A stretch of DNA of 64,000 nucleotides from positions 12,077-76,076 of the forward strand of contig DAOUSF010000001.1 in the NCBI GenBank assembly GCA_030627385.1. The letters run 5' to 3'. This document shows positions 34,786 through 43,713 of the stretch, piece after piece. This stretch comes from Methanosarcinales archaeon (lineage in GTDB: Archaea > Halobacteriota > Methanosarcinia > Methanosarcinales > Methanocomedenaceae). Position 1 is the first letter of the stretch. Each line of letters starts with the position of its first letter. A program made the position numbers and the translations under genes. The notes under the pieces are model-generated. The model ran no database searches, was not told the DNA's origin, and was given only the letters and a program-made list of their open reading frames with translations.

Positions 34786-36699
34786 ATGAAAACTCCAGGC
34801 AGAGAAGATGTTTCTCTAATGCTTGATTCCGGTGCTTTCTCTGCCTGGATGAAACAAGAGGAGATATCAGTCGAGGACTACGGTAAGTTCCTTCAGCAAC
34901 ATGGAAATGATTTTGATCTGATTGTTAACCTTGATGTAATTCCGGGCAAATTCGGGCAGAAGGAAATACCCGAAGCTGAAATGATCAAGTCCATTGAACA
35001 AGGCTGGAGAAATTATTACAGACTAATTGAAATGGGAGTCCCTAAGAATAAGCTCCTTCATGTATTTCACCAAGGAGAGCCCTTTCACTATCTTGAAAAA
35101 ATGGTAAAGGAGATGGAATATATAGGAATCTCTCCTGCAAATGATAGAACCACAAAAGAAAAGAAAAAGTGGCTGGACGAGTGCATGAAATATATTGTGG
35201 ATAGTAAGGGAAAAGCCCAAATCAAATTCCACGGGTTCGGTATGACTTCTTTGCACTTGATCTGGCGTTATCCTTGGTTCTGTATGACAGAAGAGGATCA
35301 TGAGGTATTAACAAAAACTGGATGGAAATTTAGAGAAGATTTATCCATAGGGGAGGAGGTATTAACATTCGATAAAGGAGCATCTAAGTGGGAACGTATT
35401 TTAGATATTCCTACATTTCCAGTAAAAGATATTGATATCAATGTAATGGAAAATAGAAACTTTTGTGCCAAAGTTACAGATAATCATAATTGGATTACTT
35501 GTCCTCAATATAATAGAGGAAATAATTGGAAGTGGAAAACAACACACACACTGAACTCCAATGATTGTATACCTAGAATAGGAAAATACACTTTCCCTGA
35601 AACTAAAATATATATGGACAGTTTCATTGAATTATTGGCTTGGTTTTGGACTGATGGAACAATCAACAAAAGGGAAAAATATAATCAGGATAGTATTTCT
35701 ATTTATCAATCTGAAAGTGCTAATTCCGATAAATGTAAGATGATCCAGGATTTGTTAAATTACAGTGGAGAACCGCATTGTAAAAGTGTGTCAAAAGAGG
35801 ACAATTTAGCAAATTTTGAAATGTATGGAGACATTACTAAGGCTATATTAGAATTTGCTCCATTTAAAAAACTACCTTTAGATTTTATATTTGATCTTAC
35901 TAAGGAACAGTTACAGAAATTTGTAGATATTTGTGTCCTGGCTGATGGCACAGACACAAAACTGGTAAGACGTGATTCATTTAATATTACAGTTTCAAGA
36001 CAGGTGAAAAAAGACAATCTTGAGGTTCTCCGTATAGCTTGTTTATTGTTGGGTATACCTACTTCTATTTCTTATGGAAACCAAGGGTATAAGACTTTAC
36101 AATCATCCTCAGTTGATTATGTGTATAATCATTCACTTAAAAAACACAAGGAAAAATATACAGGAAATATATGGTGTTTACAGGTGCCAAGTAAAGCTTT
36201 TTTTACAAGATGTGACAATAAGATATATGTCACAGGAAACTCAATTGACAGTACTACATGGGTTTTGGTTGGTGCTATGGGGGGTGTTATGATGCCTAAA
36301 ATTAAGTATGGCAGATACACTTACAGGCAATCACCAATCATACTTCCCATCACCACAAAGAACGACATAAAAAAACCTTTCCATTATCAAAATCTATCAG
36401 AAATAGAACAAAGCAAGGTGCAACGATACTTTAATGATCGTGGCTTTGATGTCAAAACCCTGGAAACGGAAGGAATGGAGAGAGACAGAGCCAACATGAG
36501 GTTCTTTCTTGATCTTGAACAAACCTTGACTGATACAAAGGTGTACTTTGCTGGTAACTTTCCCATGCTTCATAAGATGGAGAGAGAGTTCAAGACAATG
36601 GATTTGGCTTTAAAAATAACTGATAAGTGGAGAAGGCTGGGCTCTTATTATCACCAGAACTATCTCCTTAAATTACTTGATCTAAAACGGAGGAAATAA
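34786..36699 (+). CDS. dpdA: DpdA-like DNA-guanine transglycosylase candidate interrupted by an intein
   Basis: The extein (about 317 aa) has LMLDSGAFSAW, GISPAN, FHGFG and YPWF|SIDSTTW. It lies immediately downstream of folE-queF. The assignment rests on context plus recalled TGT/DpdA-like motifs. Confidence 0.65.
   Translation: MKTPGREDVSLMLDSGAFSAWMKQEEISVEDYGKFLQQHGNDFDLIVNLDVIPGKFGQKEIPEAEMIKSIEQGWRNYYRLIEMGVPKNKLLHVFHQGEPFHYLEKMVKEMEYIGISPANDRTTKEKKKWLDECMKYIVDSKGKAQIKFHGFGMTSLHLIWRYPWFCMTEEDHEVLTKTGWKFREDLSIGEEVLTFDKGASKWERILDIPTFPVKDIDINVMENRNFCAKVTDNHNWITCPQYNRGNNWKWKTTHTLNSNDCIPRIGKYTFPETKIYMDSFIELLAWFWTDGTINKREKYNQDSISIYQSESANSDKCKMIQDLLNYSGEPHCKSVSKEDNLANFEMYGDITKAILEFAPFKKLPLDFIFDLTKEQLQKFVDICVLADGTDTKLVRRDSFNITVSRQVKKDNLEVLRIACLLLGIPTSISYGNQGYKTLQSSSVDYVYNHSLKKHKEKYTGNIWCLQVPSKAFFTRCDNKIYVTGNSIDSTTWVLVGAMGGVMMPKIKYGRYTYRQSPIILPITTKNDIKKPFHYQNLSEIEQSKVQRYFNDRGFDVKTLETEGMERDRANMRFFLDLEQTLTDTKVYFAGNFPMLHKMEREFKTMDLALKITDKWRRLGSYYHQNYLLKLLDLKRRK
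35281..36240 (+). mobile_element. intein (320 aa) with LAGLIDADG homing-endonuclease domain in the DpdA-like gene
   Basis: It starts with Cys (CMTEEDHEVLTKTGW). Block B is TDNH. LAGLIDADG motifs are LLAWFWTDGT and CVLADGT. Block F/G is IWCLQVP...KIYVTGN, followed by Ser as the +1 residue. Confidence 0.8.
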
Positions 36700-36881
36700 T
36701 GACTGAGGAAGAATTTAAACTTTGGGCTACATTAAAAATCCTAAAACTCAGGGAAATGTTAGATTTTGATAATTCATTATTCACCACAACTGAATTAGAT
36801 ATGTTGTTCGCAATAAAGGAGCAACACAAAAATGAAGATAGGAAAAAAGAAAAAGGAAAAATCGTACAATTATTCCAATAA
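36699..36881 (+). CDS. hypothetical protein
   Basis: 60 aa; TAATG coupling to dpdA. Confidence 0.45.
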   Translation: MTEEEFKLWATLKILKLREMLDFDNSLFTTTELDMLFAIKEQHKNEDRKKEKGKIVQLFQ

Positions 36882-36893
36882 AGGAGCAGAATA

Positions 36894-37910
36894 ATGGATA
36901 GGAAAAAGTTACTGGATGTCTTAAAGAAAGTTAAACCCGGAATAGCAGAAAAGGACATAGTTGAGTCAATGACCTATTTCTATTTTTCTGGGAAAGAAGT
37001 TGTAACCTATAATGACAAGATATCAATCTTGCATCCTCTTGAAACTGACTTCAATCTGTTTGTGAAGGCGGCTGATCTATACAAGATTGTCTCCTTGTCA
37101 AAAGCGGATGTTCTTAAAATTGAGGAAAAAGGGAATAATCTCAATATCAGATCACCCAAAATGAATGTCAATCTCACTACTATTATTGATGAGGAGATAG
37201 TTGATAGGATTGGACTGATTGATAAATCCCTTAAAGATGTTAAGTGGAAAAAACTCCCTGCAAACTTCATGGAAAATGCTGTTCTTTGTGCATTTGCGGC
37301 GGCCAAGGTAGAGGCTGAATCAACTCTTTCCTGTGTATATTTCAACGGAGAGAACAGCATGGCGTTTGATAATGACCAGTTTGCTTCTGCCAAGCTTGCT
37401 GGCAAGGTAGATGAAATGTTCATCAAAGCTTCCCAGCTTTCAAACCTTTCGTCAATCAATCCTACGATGTATGTCCGAACAAAAGCTTGGATCCATTTCA
37501 AGAGTACAGATGGATGCATCTTTTCTATAAGAAGAATTGATGGAGACTTTCCCCAAAAAGACATGGAAGATGCTCTTGACTTTGAGGGAAGGACTGTTGA
37601 TCTATCAGAGGATATACTTGAAGGAACTGATATTGCTTCCATCTTTGTTGATACAATGGAACCCGTGGTTACTATCAAGATCACAAAAGGCAGATGTATT
37701 GTATCGGTAAAATCTGAAGGAGGGGGATCACAACATAGATCCAAGATCGAATATGAAGGTGCGGATATAGAGTTCAACTTAAACCCTGATTTTCTAAGGG
37801 AAATGCTAAATCATTCCACGACCATCACCATTGATGATGAGTCCACAAAGGCAAAGTTGTCCACTGAAAACTTCACTATGATGACCAGTTTGAAATCAAT
37901 ACAGGAGTAA
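36894..37910 (+). CDS. putative sliding clamp (DnaN-like)
   Basis: 338 aa with RBS AAAGGAG, sitting between the modification genes and the polymerase. Size and alternating beta-pattern fit a clamp. No diagnostic motif was seen. Confidence 0.45.
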   Translation: MDRKKLLDVLKKVKPGIAEKDIVESMTYFYFSGKEVVTYNDKISILHPLETDFNLFVKAADLYKIVSLSKADVLKIEEKGNNLNIRSPKMNVNLTTIIDEEIVDRIGLIDKSLKDVKWKKLPANFMENAVLCAFAAAKVEAESTLSCVYFNGENSMAFDNDQFASAKLAGKVDEMFIKASQLSNLSSINPTMYVRTKAWIHFKSTDGCIFSIRRIDGDFPQKDMEDALDFEGRTVDLSEDILEGTDIASIFVDTMEPVVTIKITKGRCIVSVKSEGGGSQHRSKIEYEGADIEFNLNPDFLREMLNHSTTITIDDESTKAKLSTENFTMMTSLKSIQE

Positions 37911-37914
37911 TTCT

Positions 37915-40900
37915 ATGGGATTTTTCACTAAATCCCAGTTATCTAAGCGGTCCGAGGTCAAGGTTGATGTCAATGACTTGGAATCGGATTGCTTGGCTTG
38001 TGGGTTATTCAAAGACACAATCCATCCAAAGATGGAATACTCAGGACAAGGTCAAAAGAAGATTCTCATTATAGGTGAATTTTCAAGTGACGAAGATGAC
38101 CAATATGGTCAACATTTCTATGGAGAACGAGGCGATCCATTAAGACAGCAATTAAGGTTCAATAATGTCAATATGAACAAGGATTGCTGGAAAGTTAACG
38201 CTGTTCGATGCAATCCTGATGGACTTAATTTACCCAGTCCTGGCCAGGTTCAAAACTGCTTCCCGTATATCAAAAAAATGATCAAACAGTTAAAACCTAA
38301 ATTGATACTTCTTCTGGGTGATTTGGCTATTTCTTCATTGTACGGAAAGGATTTTTCAAACAGAAGCATACACAGATGGAGAAAGTATGTTATACCCGAT
38401 CAAGAGTTCAGTTGTAATGTTATTCCTCTATATCATCCCTATCATCTTTTCCGTCAATCCAAGAAAAAGAAGAAGAAAGACAAAAACCTCGAAAGTGTAT
38501 TCAATCGGGATCTAAAATTTGCTCTCAGACAGTTGGAACGCCCGGTTTTAACGACAAAGAACTATGAAAGCAATGTCACACTGTTAACAGACTTCAACCG
38601 CGTTAAAAAGCTGTTAAATCGAATCCTCAAGCGTAAATCAAAAATCTATTTTGATTATGAGTCCACAGGACTAAAGCCTTTCAGAAAAGGCCATAAGATT
38701 GTGACCATTGGTGTTGCTGTATCTGCCTCAAAAGCGTTTGCGTTTCCTTATCAGTGGAAAAGTTTCTGGACTCCCTCTGAATTAAAGGTTATAAAGAAAC
38801 TCTGGAAAAAGATTCTCAGGGATGATGAAATCCTAAAGATGGCGCACAATTGCTTTTCAGGTGATACAAAATATATAACTAAAGAAGGATTGAAGTCCTT
38901 TATTGATACAGAGAACACTACCCAAACAGTGTGGACAAAGGAAGGATGGAAGGATGCTAAAGTTAAATGTTATGGAAAAGATCATCTTTCTAAAATAGTA
39001 GTAGGCCCTGAACTTAGAAGTAGATCCAAGATTAAAAGAACTATTCACAGCACTGAAAATCACCGTTGGATTGTAAAAAGAAAATTCAATCATTGTTACC
39101 CTAATCCCTCTACCTTTAAAACTATAGAGGTTACCACAGACCAATTGAAATTAAGGGATAATATAATTTCGGAAATGCCCGAATTCACAATTGATCAAAA
39201 TACAGAGGCTTTTAGACATGGATTAATCCTTGCGGATGGAGGTCGTTCCAGTAAACATTCCCTTCATTTTCAAATCAGACTATGTGGTAAAAAAGAAAAG
39301 TATAAAGACATTTTTCCTAAATATACGTACCCCCTTTCTGCTAATGGTGATCCGGTTGTGAATTACTATAAAGCCTCTTGTGATATGAAGAAAGTTCCTG
39401 AGAATCCTACGGCAGAGTATGTAGCAAACTTTATAGCAGGATGGGATGCTGGTGACGGCACAGATTCAGCAACTGGAAGATCAAGAGTCATAACTACCTT
39501 TAATAAAGAACACGCTACATGGTTAAAGGACAATGCAGAACTTGGTGGATGGAAATGTACTGGATTTTCAGAACATATTAATTCGAAAGACTTTGATGGG
39601 AATTATATAGACCCGCACCCTTACTGGATGATAATATTAACAAAGGAGAAAGTAAACTGGACAGTAAAAGAAATAAAACACAAGGATAGATACGAGAAAG
39701 TGTACTGTGTTTCTTTACCAAAAGAGGAATTTACTCTCCAATATGGTATTTACACAAGGAATTGCAAATTTGAGCAAGTGTGGTCAAAGGTTATGTTCAA
39801 TGTAATGCCTAAGATTCACTTTGATACTATGATGGCAGAACATATCTTGGACAATAGATCAGCCTCAACAGGTTTGAAATTTCAGACGTTCATAAGGTTC
39901 GGTGTTAAGCCCTATGATAAAGATATTGCTCCCTTCCTAAAAGCAAAGAATGGAGAATTTAATACCATAGAAAAAGCACCATTCAAAGAGTTATTAACAT
40001 ACAATGGACTTGACTGCATTTATGGATGGATGGTATACGATAGACAGATCCTTGAAATAACCAAAAGACGGGACGTAAAGGATGCAATGAAAAGCGTTCT
40101 CGGTGAGGTTGATGCTCCCGAAAAAAGCCTACTTGGTGCTTACAATTTCTTCATGCGTGGTAACGAACAGATGGCTATTATCCAGCTTAACGGGATCAAT
40201 ATGGATTCCATTTATTATCAAAAAGCTGAAAAGAATCTGGAAAAGAAAGTCAAGGAGTTAAAGCACGGATTGGAGAATGGTCGTGAAGCGGAAATGTTTC
40301 ATAAAATGTTCGGACGACCAATCAGGATCACATCCAATCAAGATCTCGGAAAACTATTCTATGAAGTTCTGGGAAAAGATCCCGTCTATACTGCTAAAGG
40401 GGGGTATAAGACAGATAAAATGACTCTGGAGAGTTTGAATCTACCTTATGTAAAAAACCTCCTTAAAATGAAAAAGTACGAGAAAGCCAAGGGAACTTAT
40501 CTTGGTCAGTTTGCAAGAGAGATATTTAGGACAAAGATGTATCCATTCTGGGATCTTAATATTCCTGTCAGTTATAGGAGTTCATCATCAAAACCAAACT
40601 TTCAGAATATTCCTAAACGTGATGCAGAGATAAAGGCAATCATTAGAATGGGAATTGTTCCGAAAAAGGGATGTGTGTTAAGTGAAATTGATTTTTCAGG
40701 TGCGGAGGTTATAACTTCCGCCACTTACCACAAGGATCCAACATTTATTGCCTACTTGACAGAAAAAGATGCATCAGGTGAGTTGATAAATGATATGCAT
40801 AGAGATAATGCAACTGACCTTTTGATGTTACCTCCTGATATGCTTGAGAATCCTAAGTATTCAAGGGACCAGAAAAAGTTAATTAAAAAGATTCGATTCT

Positions 40901-41592
40901 TTGCCAAGAACAATTGGACTTTTGCTCAGTTCTACGGTGATTGGTTTGGTTCGTGTGCTCCTATGTTCTGGGAGAATGTTATTGAGGTGGACTTAGAACT
41001 TCCTAATGGCATGACTTGCCGAGAATGGCTTGAAGAAAAAGGCATCTATGAACTCGGAGAAGTAAAAGATGGAACTCCCACAGAGGGAAGCTTCATGGAG
41101 CATTGTGCCCATGTCCAAGAAAAGATGTGGAATGAACGATTTCCTGTATATACTCAGTGGAAGAAGGATATAGTTGAGAAATATAGAGAACATGGTTTTA
41201 TTCCCAATCATTTCGGTTTCAGATTCACAGGATATATGTCCGATAATCAGTGTACAAACTATCCCATCCAGTCAGCAAGTTTCCATCTGTTGGTTCATAC
41301 TCTGATTGAGGTACAGAAGTTCATTGATAAAAATAACCTGAAAACAAAGATAGTTGGGCAAATTCATGATAGTATTATCAGCAATGTTCCTGAAAATGAG
41401 ATCAAATTCTACCATGCAGGTGTTAACAAGATTGTAAAAGGCCTGATGAATGAATTTAAGTGGTTGATAATTCCAATGGAAATCGAAGCTGAAATAACCA
41501 AGTTAAGAGAAGATGGAGGAAACTTTTCTGACCTTAGAGAAGGTGACCCTGATAATATGGATTATGAAACAATCTGGAAGGAGGCAGCATGA
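37915..41592 (+). CDS. family A DNA polymerase with N-terminal UDG-family-4-like domain, 3'-5' exonuclease domain and an intein
   Basis: UDG-like IIGEFSSDEDD..FYGERGDPL, PLYHPYH. Exo I FDYESTGL and Exo II AHN|CKFEQVW. Pol motifs A (IDFSGAEV), B (RFFAKNNWTFAQFYG) and C (QIHDSI). Confidence 0.9.
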   Translation: MGFFTKSQLSKRSEVKVDVNDLESDCLACGLFKDTIHPKMEYSGQGQKKILIIGEFSSDEDDQYGQHFYGERGDPLRQQLRFNNVNMNKDCWKVNAVRCNPDGLNLPSPGQVQNCFPYIKKMIKQLKPKLILLLGDLAISSLYGKDFSNRSIHRWRKYVIPDQEFSCNVIPLYHPYHLFRQSKKKKKKDKNLESVFNRDLKFALRQLERPVLTTKNYESNVTLLTDFNRVKKLLNRILKRKSKIYFDYESTGLKPFRKGHKIVTIGVAVSASKAFAFPYQWKSFWTPSELKVIKKLWKKILRDDEILKMAHNCFSGDTKYITKEGLKSFIDTENTTQTVWTKEGWKDAKVKCYGKDHLSKIVVGPELRSRSKIKRTIHSTENHRWIVKRKFNHCYPNPSTFKTIEVTTDQLKLRDNIISEMPEFTIDQNTEAFRHGLILADGGRSSKHSLHFQIRLCGKKEKYKDIFPKYTYPLSANGDPVVNYYKASCDMKKVPENPTAEYVANFIAGWDAGDGTDSATGRSRVITTFNKEHATWLKDNAELGGWKCTGFSEHINSKDFDGNYIDPHPYWMIILTKEKVNWTVKEIKHKDRYEKVYCVSLPKEEFTLQYGIYTRNCKFEQVWSKVMFNVMPKIHFDTMMAEHILDNRSASTGLKFQTFIRFGVKPYDKDIAPFLKAKNGEFNTIEKAPFKELLTYNGLDCIYGWMVYDRQILEITKRRDVKDAMKSVLGEVDAPEKSLLGAYNFFMRGNEQMAIIQLNGINMDSIYYQKAEKNLEKKVKELKHGLENGREAEMFHKMFGRPIRITSNQDLGKLFYEVLGKDPVYTAKGGYKTDKMTLESLNLPYVKNLLKMKKYEKAKGTYLGQFAREIFRTKMYPFWDLNIPVSYRSSSSKPNFQNIPKRDAEIKAIIRMGIVPKKGCVLSEIDFSGAEVITSATYHKDPTFIAYLTEKDASGELINDMHRDNATDLLMLPPDMLENPKYSRDQKKLIKKIRFFAKNNWTFAQFYGDWFGSCAPMFWENVIEVDLELPNGMTCREWLEEKGIYELGEVKDGTPTEGSFMEHCAHVQEKMWNERFPVYTQWKKDIVEKYREHGFIPNHFGFRFTGYMSDNQCTNYPIQSASFHLLVHTLIEVQKFIDKNNLKTKIVGQIHDSIISNVPENEIKFYHAGVNKIVKGLMNEFKWLIIPMEIEAEITKLREDGGNFSDLREGDPDNMDYETIWKEAA
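38851..39762 (+). mobile_element. intein (304 aa) with LAGLIDADG domain inside the Exo II motif of the polymerase
   Basis: It starts CFSGDTKYITKEG. Block B is TENH. LAGLIDADG motifs are GLILADGG and FIAGWDAGDGT. It ends VYCVSLP...GIYTRN, followed by Cys as the +1 residue. Confidence 0.85.
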
Positions 41593-41617
41593 AAATAATA
41601 ACCGCAGAATCGGCAAT

Positions 41618-41672
41618 GTTAATGATTTATCATTAAAAAATACTTGACTTTTCATTGAAATTAGAATACTGT
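41618..41672 (+). promoter_or_regulatory. class-2 promoter with upstream palindromic box, copy g
   Basis: GTTAATGATTTATCATTAAAAAA (palindrome AATGAT-TT-ATCATT), then TTGACT (41644)-17 nt-TACTGT. Confidence 0.6.
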
Positions 41673-41714
41673 ATAAAAATAAATGAAAATCAATACGTAT
41701 ATAGAGGAAACATT

Positions 41715-42029
41715 ATGGGCAAAACAATCAGCGTTACAATTCCTGAGCCTTTGGAAGCCTTATTGCAAAATAAGGCTGATATAGCAGGGATGTCAAGATC
41801 AAGGTTTATATGTAACATTCTATTAAAGTGGGAAGAAAAGATGAAACAACCAAGAAGGCCCACTGAAATACCGGATAATATGGACATGGACACTGTTCCG
41901 AATGATTGTCCGAATCGGGATTCTGATGGGTTTTGTGTAGTGTTTGATCTTGTATGTAATGCTCCGCAACCTGAAGCAAATACATGTGTGGGTTGTCCGC
42001 GTGATGGTGACAAAGGGGGTGGCTCTTGA
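41715..42029 (+). CDS. ribbon-helix-helix protein with Cys-rich C-terminus
   Basis: MGKTISVTIPEPLEALLQNKADIAGMSRSRFICNILLKW fits the RHH pattern. ATG at 41715. Confidence 0.55.
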   Translation: MGKTISVTIPEPLEALLQNKADIAGMSRSRFICNILLKWEEKMKQPRRPTEIPDNMDMDTVPNDCPNRDSDGFCVVFDLVCNAPQPEANTCVGCPRDGDKGGGS

Positions 42030-43006
42030 GTTTGCAAACTGTTTATAGACCATCAACATTGAAAATGCTGGCAGGAAACCCTGATATCAAAAACAACCTC
42101 GAGACTATGTTAAAGAGAGACCAGCCTCCGGCTGCATTCTTAATTGTTGGACCTTCTGGATGCGGTAAAACTACTTTGGGAAGAATTATAGCCAGAGGGC
42201 TTGGGTGCTCCAAATCATCATTTAAGGAAATGAATACTGCAAATGACAGAGGACTTCCTGCAATACGAAAAGTTCTTGAAAAATTACATTATCTTCCTTT
42301 AAAAGGAAAGAAAAAGGTCGTATTGTTTGATGAAGCTCACCAAATAACACATGCATCACAGGAAGCATTATTGAAAGCATTGGAAGAGCCTCCCAAGCAT
42401 GTTCATTTCATAATCTGCACCACAAATCCCGAAGCTCTTAAAGACACATTTAAACGGCGTTGTCACATTTATGAAGTTGCACTATTGACAAGCAATGAAC
42501 TCTTAAAAATGATGCGGCGGATCTTATCTAATGAGTTCAAAAAGACTCCCGACAAAGCAAAGAACTTTCCGATTGACATTCTTGACAGGATAATTGAACT
42601 ATCAGGTGGATCCGCAGGAATTGCTCTGAAAAATTTAGATATGGTAATTGATATGAGTGATGACATTAAGGGAGCTTTGAAAACCCTAAAATCATCAGGC
42701 ACTACTGAGGCAGAAGTTCTGGACATTTGCCGTGCCATTCTCAATTTCGGTATCTCAGATAAAGCAAGATGGACCAGAGTTCGTAAACTCCTCACCTCTC
42801 TAAAAACAGATGGAGAATCAGCAAGACGGCCTATCATGGGTTATCTTTCCAAAGTACTCATCAATAATTCTATGGACAACAATAATGACCTCATTGCAGA
42901 GATCATGATGGAGTTCCGTAAAAACTTCTATGACAGCGGAAAGGACGAACTAAGGTTAGCTTGCTATGCCGCCTGCTCTGCAGGAGAAGAGGAGGAGGAG
43001 GAGTAA
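42026..43006 (+). CDS. clamp loader AAA+ ATPase (RFC / Pol III gamma-like)
   Basis: YRPSTL, Walker A GPSGCGKTT, Walker B LFDEAH, sensor 1 TTN, and an SRC-like FKRRC. TTG start in the track. Confidence 0.8.
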   Translation: MSLQTVYRPSTLKMLAGNPDIKNNLETMLKRDQPPAAFLIVGPSGCGKTTLGRIIARGLGCSKSSFKEMNTANDRGLPAIRKVLEKLHYLPLKGKKKVVLFDEAHQITHASQEALLKALEEPPKHVHFIICTTNPEALKDTFKRRCHIYEVALLTSNELLKMMRRILSNEFKKTPDKAKNFPIDILDRIIELSGGSAGIALKNLDMVIDMSDDIKGALKTLKSSGTTEAEVLDICRAILNFGISDKARWTRVRKLLTSLKTDGESARRPIMGYLSKVLINNSMDNNNDLIAEIMMEFRKNFYDSGKDELRLACYAACSAGEEEEEE

Positions 43007-43010
43007 TAAA

Positions 43011-43535
43011 ATGCCTGAACTTAGGAATTATAATATTGATATTGAGGTTGATGAGAATGACCTTGAGGGTGAATGGATAACTCATGCCTCCCTTTACATG
43101 CATTACGCAAAGATCCTTGCAGATTCCATTGCCAACCGTGATGAAGCAAAATTGAAGATGGACTGGGTTGCTGCTAATATTGACCTTGATGTTAGAAAAC
43201 ATTGGCAATCAAAATACGGTCTGGAGAAGTTAACTGAAGGTGCCGTAAAAAACATTACTATGATCAATAAAAAATATCTTAAGGCATATAGAAAATTCAA
43301 TAAATGTGTTAAGATAGTTAATTCCATGACCGGAGTTAGAACGGCTTTTGAGCATAAGAAACATGCTCTCGGAAACCTTGTCTCAATGCAGATATCGGGT
43401 TTCAATTCGGAGCCGAGAAACAAGGTCAGGGACTTACAGAAAAATATCAGTTCTGGCGATAATTTTAGACACAAAAAGGATCTGAATACGAGGATGAAAA
43501 ACAGGAGTAAAAAAAAGGAGGAGACAAGTGAATGA
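43011..43535 (+). CDS. hypothetical protein, possibly a UvsY-like recombination mediator
   Basis: Helical; IDENDLEGEWITHASLYMHYAKILA loosely resembles the T4 UvsY N-terminus. It lies upstream of the SSB and recombinase genes. Confidence 0.3.
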   Translation: MPELRNYNIDIEVDENDLEGEWITHASLYMHYAKILADSIANRDEAKLKMDWVAANIDLDVRKHWQSKYGLEKLTEGAVKNITMINKKYLKAYRKFNKCVKIVNSMTGVRTAFEHKKHALGNLVSMQISGFNSEPRNKVRDLQKNISSGDNFRHKKDLNTRMKNRSKKKEETSE

Positions 43536-43713
43536 AACACAGGCACAAATTTTATTAGATTTTGTTGATGAAAATTGGGCAAATTTTGAATTAAGATGTT
43601 CTGAGAAAAATGAGGACCCAGAACACATACGGAGTGAACTTGAAAAAATTGCTATAGGATAGGATTAAAGGGCTTAGACCCGTATTTCATTAAAACAGTA
43701 AGGAGAAAGTATT

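Noticed and set aside
37007-37777. 256-aa antisense ORF opposite the putative sliding-clamp gene. Similar long shadow ORFs occur at 10325..10879, 12984..13553, 9246..9644, 5270..5716, 57724..58220 and 61256..61723.
   Set aside because: All lie exactly antisense to well-supported plus-strand genes and lack RBS. Their products are low-complexity (Ser-, Leu- and Ile-rich), and they break the otherwise uniform plus-strand organisation. They are typical shadow ORFs.
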